This document shows, piece after piece, positions 49,582 through 64,000 of a stretch of DNA of 64,000 nt. The stretch's first letter is position 1, and each line of letters begins with the position of its first letter. The notes under the pieces are model-generated. The model was given only the letters and a program-made list of their open reading frames with translations. It had not been told where the DNA came from and made no database searches. Source of the stretch: Massalongia carnosa. Taxonomy: Eukaryota. The position numbers were made by a program, and so were the translations under genes. The stretch spans positions 1,302,001 to 1,366,000 of the forward strand of contig OZ287072.1 in the NCBI GenBank assembly GCA_965645245.1, read 5' to 3'.

Positions 49582-51959
49582 GTTTTTCCTTTGGAGTCAA
49601 GGCTTGCATGTCTGTGCCTCGCCTAACTAAAAAAGCACCCGCATCAATGAGATCACGGCCGAGACGGCACAGTGGGAACCCTGGTCAATGAGTTGCAAGC
49701 AAAATACGAAGTACTGAGTGTCTACTCTGTACCGGATATCCCAGGCAGCGACAGGTCATCTGGAACAGAATCTGGCTCTGCAAGTGATCTGCCGTTTGTT
49801 TCCACGATGCGTCAGTGCAGTCCGAAGCGCCCAAAGGAGTTTTTTTTGGCCAACTTCTTTAGTGCGATTTTTTCCACCTTTCGCTGACGATCAAGCGAGC
49901 AAATCAATAATTTGCAGATTCTTTTTCACGTGTGCCGGCCTTGGCGCTTTAGGATGTCCGATTCGCCAGGGACGGCTCGGTGTCTCTCTAAACACTACCG
50001 GTCCGTCCTGGACCATATTAGCCTCTGGTGTTATCTCACACGTTCTATACAGAGACCCCAGAGACCACCGCGTCTCCTCCCTCCACCTACGAGATACAAG
50101 GACATATGTCCGATCCGGCACATACATACGAAACCCCACTCCCTCCCGTCTCCGTCCCGCCGCTCTCCGCTGAGCCGAGACCCCCTCAACTAGCTGTGCA
50201 GGCTGAGACTCGAGACATTGACCATCAAGTTTGCTTCGAGTCTGAACCGCTTCGCTTCCCCAGGCCAAACTTTAGCAAATAGTACCAGTTGACGAACCGC
50301 GCCTTGGCGGACGAACTCTTTCCTTCAGGGAGGTTGTGTAGACGCATGTAAGTTCCCAGACCACCCCGCACTCCAAGATCAGAGAGTTATTTTCACGTTG
50401 GTCAAACCTACTTTCTACATCGGCTTAATCAGGCCGACTGTACTAGCTCCGCTTAAGGGAATGCCCTGTAGTTTATTTTATCTAGATTTTTCATGCTCTC
50501 AACATCGTTCTAGAAAATTAAATTGACATCTACCTCCACAATCCCTGGATCGAGATTCTTTCCCCCCACAACTCTCCATTTTTTGTTTTTGACACCTTTT
50601 TAGATACTTGTTCTGTTAGAAGATCATTACATCTCACCTCTCTACCTTATCATCTCTTCATTCTCCTTCAGTACTTTCTCTCTCCCGCTCACTTTTACCT
50701 CTTATTATTCTACCTTTTCATCTCTTCATATCTTCTTTGCCTCTTCTTCTCCTTATCTTTTCGTCCACCTTTTCATCTTTTCATCTCTCCCTTCCCGCTG
50801 TCTCCTTGCATTCTCTTCTACCTTTCCGCTCCACCGCGGAACTTCGGCAGAAAAGGCCAATAGATACATGGGAAGACGGAAGGAAAACTTGCCGATGGTT
50901 TTCAGTATCAAAACCAAAGCAGGAAAGAAAGTGATTACTCTATGACCCCCAGATGGTTGGGAAAAATAGAACTAGGTAAATCAGCTACTGAACAACGGAA
51001 AAATATACTGTCCATCAGTTTCCATTCCTCCCTCCCCCTCCCTTCCTTTTCACAACTCAGTCGCAACCTCCAACCCCAACCTCTTGTCCGCGATAATCTA
51101 ATCGAACCCCCCCCTAAAAAAACTCTCTTACCCCCCTTTTCTCCTTCCTCAATTTCCAAGCCATCAATCACGAAGCCTCCGCGCCCCTCCTACCCCTTAA
51201 TACTCGTATCAATCCCAATCCTAGTCCTACTTAGTACTCGCCGTGCGGGATTTGCCAGTTTGAGGATTCTACTCTATGGTCAAATCATGCGTCAAGCATC
51301 AAGTTTCAAGTGGCAAGTTTCACAGTCAATACTTTACACCCTCTCTTCACTCTCTTGACTTCCGGAACAGGGTATGGTTATGTTTCGGGTTTTACACCTA
51401 GCAGCGATTGTCTGGACGCGTGTTGAGTATCTATGTAAGTATGTAGATAATGTATGTATGTTTATATACAGAGTCCCTATAAAGGGGAGCCGAAACGAAC
51501 GAGTGTCTGCCACTTCAAGAGGGGAAACAAATACCGGGTTCTTTTGTCTTATTCCTAGCTCCGCCCTCACCTCGATAACTCGTCTCAAATCCCCCCTGTC
51601 AGATTTTCAATTCTGACTCTTGGGATTCCCTCCATCCCTTTCTCTCTCTCCTTGGCTGCCTTCTCTGTCCATTCCATTGCAAAGAAAACCCTTCTCCTTC
51701 ACTAATCGGGAGATAGAAGAAATAAGTGGGGTAGGAGAAAAGGATACGAGACCGCCGGAGGATGAACTTGTTGAATGTTTGAAAAATTATGACTGAAGAC
51801 TTTGTTGGAGAAGATGGTACGGTGGAATGATGGGGTGAAGGGGATAGGGGGCGAGGGGAGGGGTGAGCGGGTAATAAACGGGCCCTGTTTGAACGGTTTA
51901 GAGACCTTCTGACCGTTCGCCATTGCTTCATTTTATAGCGCTGGAATGGATTCCCTAAT

Positions 51960-53205
51960 TCTTAGGGCTGTTGCAAAAATTCGGAATCGTTATAAAGATT
52001 ATGATGCCGCCAATTGAGCACAAGCTGCTGATATTCCCTAAGGGGTGGATTCGCTGAGATAGCATACAAAGTGTTGGTGAGGCTTTTTGTGTCCCGAGTA
52101 ACTGATGTGTTCTTCAAAAGGTATACAACGCTGCTATTCGTGGGGGATATTTCAGCTAGGTCCATCGCCATCCGAATGTTAACTACTTGATAAAACCTCT
52201 TGTGCACGCTCAATTTCATGTTCGCTATTTGTATAGGCTGATGCTCAAGCGCAGCTTTCTACCATCTGTAACCCATGATACAGGGGACAGTGACGTTTGT
52301 CAGCGTCAGCCGTACCTGTCTTAATCACATCTAGCACGAAAGATGCAAGTTTAGCTGTTGGCGTGTCCGAGAAGTCCAGATGTAGCCTTTCCATAACCAT
52401 GCGTACATACATACCATGCTCGTAAGTAAGCGACAGCCGAGGGCGGAACGCATGCAGCAAATCCCAAAGGCCTTAATCGATATGCTCGACCTCTGGTTGC
52501 GTGAAAACGCCACACTGCACGGTACATTGTTCGAGAAACCCTAAAATTTGTTCTTCAGCCATGAAGGATTGAACCAGGCTTTGCAAGATCGCTTGTATCT
52601 TTCGCGGACCCCACAGATCCAGCGAATTTTGAGGCTGCAGCGTCGAAGCGCATTATGCAACGTTGGGGGGGGGCTGCTTCTGGAAAGTAATTTTTGGGCT
52701 CAGTAGCATTAGGCAGTTCAGTTATTCGGCCATAGAGCATTGCTGAAACGCCTGTCGAACTTGAAGTATTTTGTGAAAAGTACTTCAAGCTGAATCGTAT
52801 TAAAGCAACCACTGTTGTACTCTGTAACGAAGGGAAATAATAGGCTCAGCATGAATCATACATGGATTTTGCTTTTTCGGTTCGTGCCAAGGCGTTCTTT
52901 CCACTGACTCGCAAGGCATCTTCCAATGGATTTTTCGCATCAATACCATACGCAATAGGAGATATTTATTCTTGCAGATCTTTGGCAAGGTCGTATTGGG
53001 AAAATATAGGATGCGCCGCTAGTAATATTTGATCGAAAATCACCGAATGTGGCAGTAGCTCGATTGTCAAAGCTGCTTGCACCTCATAAAGCTTTCTCTC
53101 CCAAGCCCAATCCGTCCTCGCTACCACGCAAAGTACTGAGTATTGGGATCCAAAGAGAAAATCATTCCCTAAAATCCCTTGTGAAAACACATCAGGCGCT
53201 GACAT
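51960..53205 (-). pseudogene. Possible decayed coding relic of unknown family
   Basis: Chain of 60-85 aa minus-strand ORF fragments that read on through single stops, e.g. IQAILQSLVQSFMAEEQILGFLEQCTVQCGVFTQPEVEHID*GLWDLLHAFRPRLSLTYEHGMYVRMVMERLHLDF. No family recognised. Confidence 0.3.
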
Positions 53206-53594
53206 GCATCGGAGAGGGTTGTTTTATAAACCTCGTTGTGTATCGTGGTTGAGAAAGAGCTAAATTCATAAAAAAGTAAACAGAACATATTTCGTATGCA
53301 TGATACAAAAAAGCGTTTCGCGTATGTAACCAATGAAGACATGATTCATAACCGCATGATGCGCTATTTGCTCAAAGACGGAAGAAATTTTGACACACCA
53401 GAACGCTGCATTTTGAAAAGCTGTACGACGACGCGTACTGTGGTGATTTCATGGCGAAGAGCTTATTCTGTGGTTTTTCGTTCTTGCCTTGTATGCCAAT
53501 AAGCCAGTGAGCCGGAAAAGAAAAGAAAAGAAAAGTCTTCAACGTCAAACAGCAGAGGCGAGCGAGTTATTTGTGTTTCTAAATATCAGGAGCG

Positions 53595-54606
53595 ATGTCT
53601 TCGAGACCACTTCGCTTCGCCACTCTTGATGTGTTTACGGAAACTCGTTTCAAAGGTAATCCACTCGCCATTGTCCATGTACCACGCAATCTTACCCTGG
53701 ATCAAGCCCTTAAGCAACAAATCGCGCTTGAATTCAACCTTTCCGAGACGGTTTTCCCTTCATGACGGAGGAAACGGATTATCTGATAGAAATATTAATA
53801 TCTTCACCACTACTGCCGAGCTACCCTGGGCGGGACATCCAACGATAGGCACTATATGCTACCTGTGCACAAACACTAGCTCAATAAAAAATGCTGTACA
53901 AAGATTTACCCTCCATACAAAAGCTGGCCCGATAGCAGCATTATATGATCGTGGAAAGAGATTAGCGATAGCAAGCATACCGCATAATATCCATGTGCAC
54001 AAATCGCAGGTGCGCTGGGAGCACATCCTCCGGGCACAACCACATTTAATCCAAGACGAGAAAAGTAACAGGCAGAGTAATATTAAATCCTGGTGCTAGC
54101 GAGAGGATTGGGCGAATGCATCATTTCCATTGGTATCCATCCTGGATGGCGTGACTTATTTGCTTGTTGATTTTCCTCTTACAACCGAGTTCCTTGAGAG
54201 ACTTCGAAGCGATCAGGCAGCAGCTGACTTCAGGACAAAGCTCGATGATGGCTGGTCTTCTGGATTCGTTGCGCCTTACTATTATGTAGTTTTGCCAGAT
54301 CGAGGCGATGGGATCACCAGATTTCGCAGTCGCATGATTCAACAGCCATTTTCGAAAGATGCCGCAACGGGAAGCGCGGCTTCGGCTCTTGCATCTTACC
54401 TCTCTCTTCAAAGAGGTCAGGCAGGAAAACCGTATACCTATGAGATCGAGCAGGGAGTAGAAATGGGCCGAGGCAGTCATATAGGGGTGGAGGTGACACT
54501 GAACGATGATGGAAAATCCGTTAAGGAAGTGCTATTGTCAGGCACAGCGGCGAAGGTTATGCAGGGAGTTCTAGATACTCGATGTTCACAGGCTGCGAGG
54601 TTGTAG
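53595..54606 (+). pseudogene. PhzF/PhzC-like (diaminopimelate epimerase fold) gene, disrupted
   Basis: FATLDVFTETRFKGNPLAIV...QQIALEFNLSETVF then +1 frameshift at ~53756-53758; IFTTTAELPWAGHPTIG; in-frame TAG 54097-54099; DAATGSAASAL; IEQGVEMGRGSHI; LSGTA..VMQG. Confidence 0.85.
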
Positions 54607-55894
54607 TAGCAAGAGTTGCAGAGTTCTCTCCAGAACGTAGGAAGGTCTCATAGCTACGCTCCTGACGCAGAGCATAATTGTAGAGTTGATCTCTTTGGGT
54701 AGGCAGCGACACGAAACCATACCCAACCGACTCCCGACTGATTCAATAACCCAGGCGTCCCACCAGATGATAATTTATGATCTGCATTAGCTCAAGCAAG
54801 GTTACGAGGTGTTCACCTCCTGCGGCGCAGATCATTGAAGCGCCGAGCCTCGGATTTATCAAGACTCGAGAAGTCCGTACCAGGTGTTCTGTATGCAAAG
54901 TAGGATCCACGAATGATAATTATAGAGTCTGTATGGTGCTCGTACCGGCAACGGTTGCTTCTTGCCAGCGCCAAACGAAGTCATTGTCGCTTTTAGTTGA
55001 TAAGCTTATCCTATACCGAGAAGATCATGGCATACCTATGTCATGATGAAGTAATTTGTAGATGACACACATTACTGCAGGGAAAGGATGTGTTGTGCGT
55101 ATTGTGGCATTCTACAAGGTGAAAATAAAGGCTATTGGCTCGTTGGGTGGTTAAGGATGAGGAAGTGATTTTCGACTAGTTCAGGTACCCGCTGAGCTAA
55201 CGTAGGCGCCTCACGGAAGCTAACCCATATCTAGTAAAGTCTCGAGTATCGGAGACAATCCGGAGAGAATCCAGGGTCTTTAGGGCTTCTCGCTAGTGAA
55301 ACCCTAATCCCCTAACCCCCCTCAACCTCAAACCTTGAATGCTTCAGATCTCCTCTGTCCATCTCCCACTCTCCCATCAGACGAGTCGTTCGCATTGACG
55401 TCCTTCACGTTATGAAAAATTTCTGCAACTTGAAGTCTCGTTGCTCTACCGCATGAATAACTCAGCGCTCTTGAGACACCAATAACTTCAAATGCTTTAC
55501 CCTCGGCCTCTTGCTGACCACAAAAATGCTGTCAGCGTCTACTCTAATCATCATGGCATTGCTCGAGCTCCATTCACTTGACCTCTGCCAAGAGTCTTTA
55601 AAGAGGCCCTTGAGCACCTCGAGAAATTTCTTGTTCTCCAAGCTTGGCTTTCACTCTCATCTTCGATACAGCAGTACTCCATCTTCTAGAGGGTTTTCTT
55701 TCTTTCATTTTTGACCCCAACTCATCTTCAATACACGTTGACCGTGTAACCCTTTTCCATTTGGTAGCTATTGCGTCTGCAAACCAATTTACGATCTTTA
55801 CGAGCCTTTTTTTTTTCAGCTGGCCTTGCTAGCTTACAGTCTTATTTCCAGCTAAATAATCCCCCCAAACTAGCAACACTTCGTTCAAGCAGTC

Positions 55895-57258
55895 ATGATT
55901 TACAGCAGTACATTCGTGGCTTTAGCCGTTTGTGCAGGCTTCGTCGACGTAACATTGGGGCAAGGAAGTGTAGTCCGAGGAAGTCGCGTCAATGTCCTTG
56001 ATGAGCGAAACCTTTTCGCTCGGCAGGACGCCACCCCAACCTGCCTTGATGCAAAAGTCATTGCCACTGGTAGTTTCTCCGACGGTCAAGGCGGAGGGGT
56101 AGCCGGGGTTGCGGCTGGTCAAGCTCCATCAGAAACGTAAGCGCTGCTATCCATTGACTTTAGTACGAAAACTGAACAAAAGCAGCGATAAAGCCAACTT
56201 TATCAACACCGGCTGCCTAGGCAAGACTATTACAAACGGGAAGCAAAACAAGGATGGATCGTGTAATCCAATTCGTAAGCCTGATGCCCTAACTGTGTTA
56301 CAACTATTGACACACAATAGCTATGGGTGACATTCCTGCTTTTGATAAGATGGTCACGAGCATCATCATCAGCCCAGCCCCAGGCGAGGACATTGCGCCT
56401 AATACGGATTTTGACATCAATCTCCAAGTCGACAACCTCAATGCCGGGTTCTTTGTCAATCCAACTGTTAACTACTACTCTGCACCCCAACGGGTGGACA
56501 AGAACGGTGGGATCATTGGCCACGTCCATGTAGGTTTTCAGCGACTCTAACTTTGCTGGGATCAGAGTAGCTAAGCATGATCAGGTCACCATTCAAACTC
56601 TCGGAGATAGTCTCACACCCAAAAACACACCAGATCCAGGCACTTTCGTTCATTTCAAAGGTATCGATGATGCGGGTGATGGGAAGGGCGGTTTGAAAAA
56701 TACTGTCACCGGTGGTTTACCTGCTGGGTTTTACCGCTTATGTACATTGACATCTGCTGCGAACCATCAACCTGTTTTGATGCCTGTTGCCCAGTAAGTC
56801 CAATGCGTCTTGACTTCTTGATATCGCTTAGCCTAACGCTGTTCTTTAGACGTGGAGCTCAAGATGATTGTACCAAATTCACGGTCGGTCAAGGTAAAGC
56901 CACTGGTGGTAACGGCGGCGGTGCTGCTGGTGGTGGTAACAAAAGTGGTAATGGTAACAATGCGGTTGGTGGTGGTGGTGCGAATGACCCGACAGCCAGC
57001 GATCCCAATGCAGGAGCAACGACCGGTGGTAAAGACAACAACAATGCGCCAAATGGCAACGGAGCCGCTGCCACCACCACAACCGCTCCAGCTGGCTCGG
57101 CTCAGCCGACGAACACTTCCTCCGGAAATCAAAGTGGAAAGCAAGGAGAAAAAAGACATGGACGAAAAGGCCGAAAGCATGAACAGCAACGGCGTGGACC
57201 ACAGGCTGGCCACGACTCGCGAAATGAGTTCAAGTCGAGGCCTTATGTAATGATCTAG
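55895..57258 (+). CDS. Secreted Cys-containing fungal protein of unknown function with G/N/T-rich tail
   Basis: Signal peptide; spliced motifs NFINTGCLGKTITNGKQ..GSCNPIPMGDIP, YYSAPQ, GHVHVTIQ, FKGIDDAG, GLPAGFYRLCT..SAANHQPVLMPVAQRGAQDDC. Four GT-AG introns. Resembles a fungal family I recall being mislabelled 'ribosomal protein S17' (unverified). Confidence 0.8.
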
Positions 57259-57589
57259 ATTGGGTTTTGCAGAGAGAACATTGATTGGCCTTCTATGGGT
57301 TATGAGAGAGCTGGCTAATTTCAGGGACGCCGTGTGTCTTAACTCTCTAGCCTTGCATATTAGACAACATACAAGCGTTTATCTTTGGTAGATTAGTTTA
57401 TCCCGGTCTTGCTTTTGGATTCGGATGAAATGTTAATCATTTATTCGAAGATCGTGTTCAATAATGAATTTGATCCAACATGTATTTATTTTAATCTGAC
57501 AGCGCGGCTTGTCTTGTTCGACACTGATCGCCAACTTTGACTTTCAGTATGCTTCACTTTACTTTCATCCCGCTTACCTTGCGCTCAGG

Positions 57590-58656
57590 ATGGGCTCAAC
57601 ACCCCCCTCGTCCGTGTTGATAGCCCCTCCTTTGCCTTCTGTAAGACAAGTGGCGCCTAAAGCAATCGTCAATCGCAATGTGCAAAATGTCGTACTTGGT
57701 GATATACTCTTCAAGACCTGGTATCCTTCCTTCTATCCGGAGGAGCTTGTTGGCCGCAATCTGGAGCGGCTATATGTTTGTCAATGGTGCTTTAAGTACT
57801 CAAAGGAGCTTATGCCATTCCTTACGCATGGGGTATGGTCTGACAAAAGCAGTAACGTTTCTGATTGCTAACACGATGCAGAAAGCGTGCGTCTCGCGAG
57901 ATTCGTTACTGCCTGGAAAAATTATATATGCAAAAGATTCTAATACGATTTACGAGGTTGATGGTGAAGATTATCAGGCTCGTTCGTGTTGTTGCAATAA
58001 ATATTGTTTGCTAAGATCATTCGCAGCTTTTGACCCAGAACCTATCTCTCTTCGCCAAACTGTTTCTCGATAATAAATCCGTCTTTTTTGACGTGGCTTC
58101 CTTCAATTACTACCTCTTGGTTCATACTTCTTCGGTTCCCAACCAGTATTCCGCAGCGCAACGCCAAATCGTTGGCTTCTTCAGCAAAGAGAAGATGAGC
58201 TGGGACAACAATAATCTTGCCTGTATCCTCATCTTTCCGCCCTGGCAGCGGAGAGGGCTTGGCAAAATACTCATGGGCATAAGCTATGAGCTAAGCAAAC
58301 GCGAAGCTCGCATTGGAGGTCCTGAAAAGCCTTTGAGTGAACTGGGAATGAAAGGATACACCCGCTTCTGGGAAGCAAGGGTTGCAAGGGCTATATTAGG
58401 GCTAAAGGCTAAGAGCATGCTAAGTGTTGGCGAGATCGCTAAGCTTTGTTGGATTCTCCCAGAAGATGTCGTTGTTGCATTGAAGGGGATTGGGGCTTTA
58501 ACGGCCAAGAAGAAGGTAGATGGGAGTGCAGTGGTGAGTAAGTCTAAAGTAAGGGAATGGGTCAATGCACGGGGTATAGATTTGACACCGCCGGTCTCTG
58601 AGGATGGTTTCTTGGAGCCATGGGAGCCCAAGGAAGCCGAAGATGGAGCGTCATGA
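57590..58656 (+). CDS. Short MYST-family histone acetyltransferase (Sas2-like)
   Basis: FKTWYPSFYPEE, C2HC finger CQWC...HGKAC, YEVDGE, QNLSLFAKLFLDNKSVFFDV, VGFFSKEK, NNLACILIFPPWQRRGLG, GGPEKPLSELG. No chromodomain. Introns 57833-57881 (GT-AG) and 57978-58026 (GC-AG). Confidence 0.88.
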
Positions 58657-60673
58657 AAATAAAGCTAAAGGTCCGGTAAGTTCAAAAGATCTATAACCTG
58701 GAAGGCCTTCCTACATATTAGCCTCAAATTGATTGGTGCCAGCCTCAGAGAACATTGCAGTTTGTCACATTTCAACACCACCCAGTTTGATCATTTTGCT
58801 CAACAAGCGTGGCAGGCAAACTTCATGAAATGAGACGGATGTTTTTTCTGATCGCCACCGTCCGAGCTAAACCCATCCCGTTAGGATCCCCATCTGCAAG
58901 TTCCTCTAAAGTTTTTATATCCGGTGTATATCATTACTTCTTCAAACTCTCCATCTCTTCTTGGCATCCTTACTATGAGCTTGCGGTCGCATTTCCCCTG
59001 CAGCTGAAATAGTGAACGAACCTAGGTAGGCCCCGTGGGCGACGAGCATGGTTAGTGTAACGGCGCTGGCTGAACTAGCTCGTTGAATATCGTTTTGGGG
59101 AGGCTATTCATGTTCTAATCTTCTTAGCATGATCTCCAAATTTACGTGGTCTGGCGGTTGGACTTTGAGCTCGTTTGGTCGATTCCGCGGTTGTCACGGA
59201 TGTGGCATTGCCATTTTCCTCCAACCTCAAAACGGGGTCAAGCGTCTCGCGTAGCGGTCCTCCTGGCTTTCATCTAATCGAATGGTAGCTTTTCAGCAAC
59301 GACCTCTTCGAGTTTCGGCGTTGTTGGGAACAAATACCTGCTGCGGAGGGGTGCGAATCTCCAGTGCTACTTCGGTTGTGTTCCCGATACGTTCTGCGTT
59401 TGGGCTTAGATGACAGCCCAGAAGAGACTTCCAAAACTCGTCAGCTCTAATATTTCTCTTTTTTTCGTTTTTTGCAACGGTGCATTCTGACAAGGTAGCC
59501 CAGTCAGTAATCCCTTGGGTAGGCATTTCAAGTTTCCGCTACTGATGATACTTGGAAGTAACTACGGAACTCGACGTTCTCGGGATCCTACGACTATATT
59601 TCTAATGATATTATGTGTGAAAAACATACAGAAGGTGACTTTGTGCCTCTTGCGAAACCCGCCTCAATTCAATGAATTTTTACTCTAATAATACGCCGCA
59701 TTTGGCCGACTCATCGAGTCCCGCAAAGTCAAAGGAAATAACCTTGACAGTGGTGCTACTGCTTGCGCCAAATCTGACGAGCAGCGGGATGTGAACCTTT
59801 TATTTTTATTATGTAGCTAGATCGCCGTGGATTTGGAGATTTTAAAACGAGACATCCTTCCCAATCTCAACCAATACGCACCTCTTTCCTTTTCTTCTTC
59901 AGATGAGCGTACTTGAGCACGCAGCTCTTGTTTCAAGACTGAGATATGCGCTTACTGAAGCTTCACTGCTAGAACCATGGTTAAAGGACCGCTGCCTCAC
60001 CAGACCCAAACGAAAGGGGTAGTTGAACCTGAGCGTAGCAAGGCCTCCCGGGTTTTGAGGACTATATATACACAATTATTTGGCAGTATTTTTATAACCG
60101 TTATCCTGCTCGAATCATAGGGGTTCGAGAACCACCGCTTTGACCCGATCGACCAATGGTACCTTTCATCGCGAATGATGGTTGAGATCAAGGCGCTGAA
60201 GAAACCAATTGAGTTCTGGCCTGCTCAGGGAGGAATCAGATGTAAAGGGGCTGCGGATCCAAGACATGAGAATGAGAGGGTCTAGATCAATATGTATCCA
60301 AACAAGCTACAGTCCCGCCATCCATCCCCAAGCCTCTGACTACCTATTACTTCTTTCACAAGATTCGCTCAACTGGTCAGTTTTCCGGACATGACCTATG
60401 TGGAAAGAGGGTTTTCCGGGTTCGTCTTGTCCAGGTTCGCTCCTGAGAGAGGATTAGCCAGCCATTGCGGCATCCGCATGAATGTAAATGAGTCAACGTT
60501 CGTTCCTTTAACAGAGCTACAAACTAATTCTGTTGGCCTTGGCTTTAACCCAAAAATCGATCAATCAAAGTAAGAAGGGTCGCGCAGCCCCTTCATGACT
60601 CCTACTTCTTTTCTTGTACAATAAATAACCTGCATAAAGATTTCCTTCTCACTGGTCGTTTCGTCATAACTCG

Positions 60674-64000
<3,327 letters not shown>

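Noticed and set aside
55299..55320. Degenerate CCCTAA repeats (AACCCTAATCCCCTAACCCC)
   Set aside because: Only two imperfect units; too short to call an interstitial telomere.
60118..60140. GGTTCGAGA as a tRNA T-loop/B-box
   Set aside because: No cloverleaf stems or A-box around it.

Overview
Intron-rich nuclear DNA from a filamentous ascomycete (Pezizomycotina; GT-AG introns mostly ~50-130 nt with CTRAC-type branch sites). I can reconstruct 21 genes and 1 clear pseudogene by hand. In order: Skn7/SrrA (5' part), Prx5-type peroxiredoxin, NIF3, BolA, an 8-Cys small secreted protein, HIRIP3-like histone chaperone, AP-1 beta, COG6, ATG9, mitoferrin, spastin-like AAA ATPase, a lone P450, yapsin-like aspartic protease, Sel1-repeat chitin synthase activator, Hop2, CCCH protein Cps3/Lee1, UGGT, a conserved-looking hypothetical, a disrupted PhzF-like gene, a secreted protein, Sas2-like MYST acetyltransferase and RNA Pol III largest subunit (3' part). 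No tRNA/rRNA, CRISPR or intact transposon was recognised. The strongest 'system' candidate is a compact redox/iron module (Skn7-Prx5-NIF3-BolA, mitoferrin 14 kb away) in which three neighbours show presequence-plus-second-ATG N-termini. Other signals: splice-dependent CaaX box, a required GC-AG intron, GC-rich 3' ends at convergent pairs, G4-like minisatellites and decayed coding relics. Family calls come from remembered motifs, not database searches, and coordinates were counted by hand.
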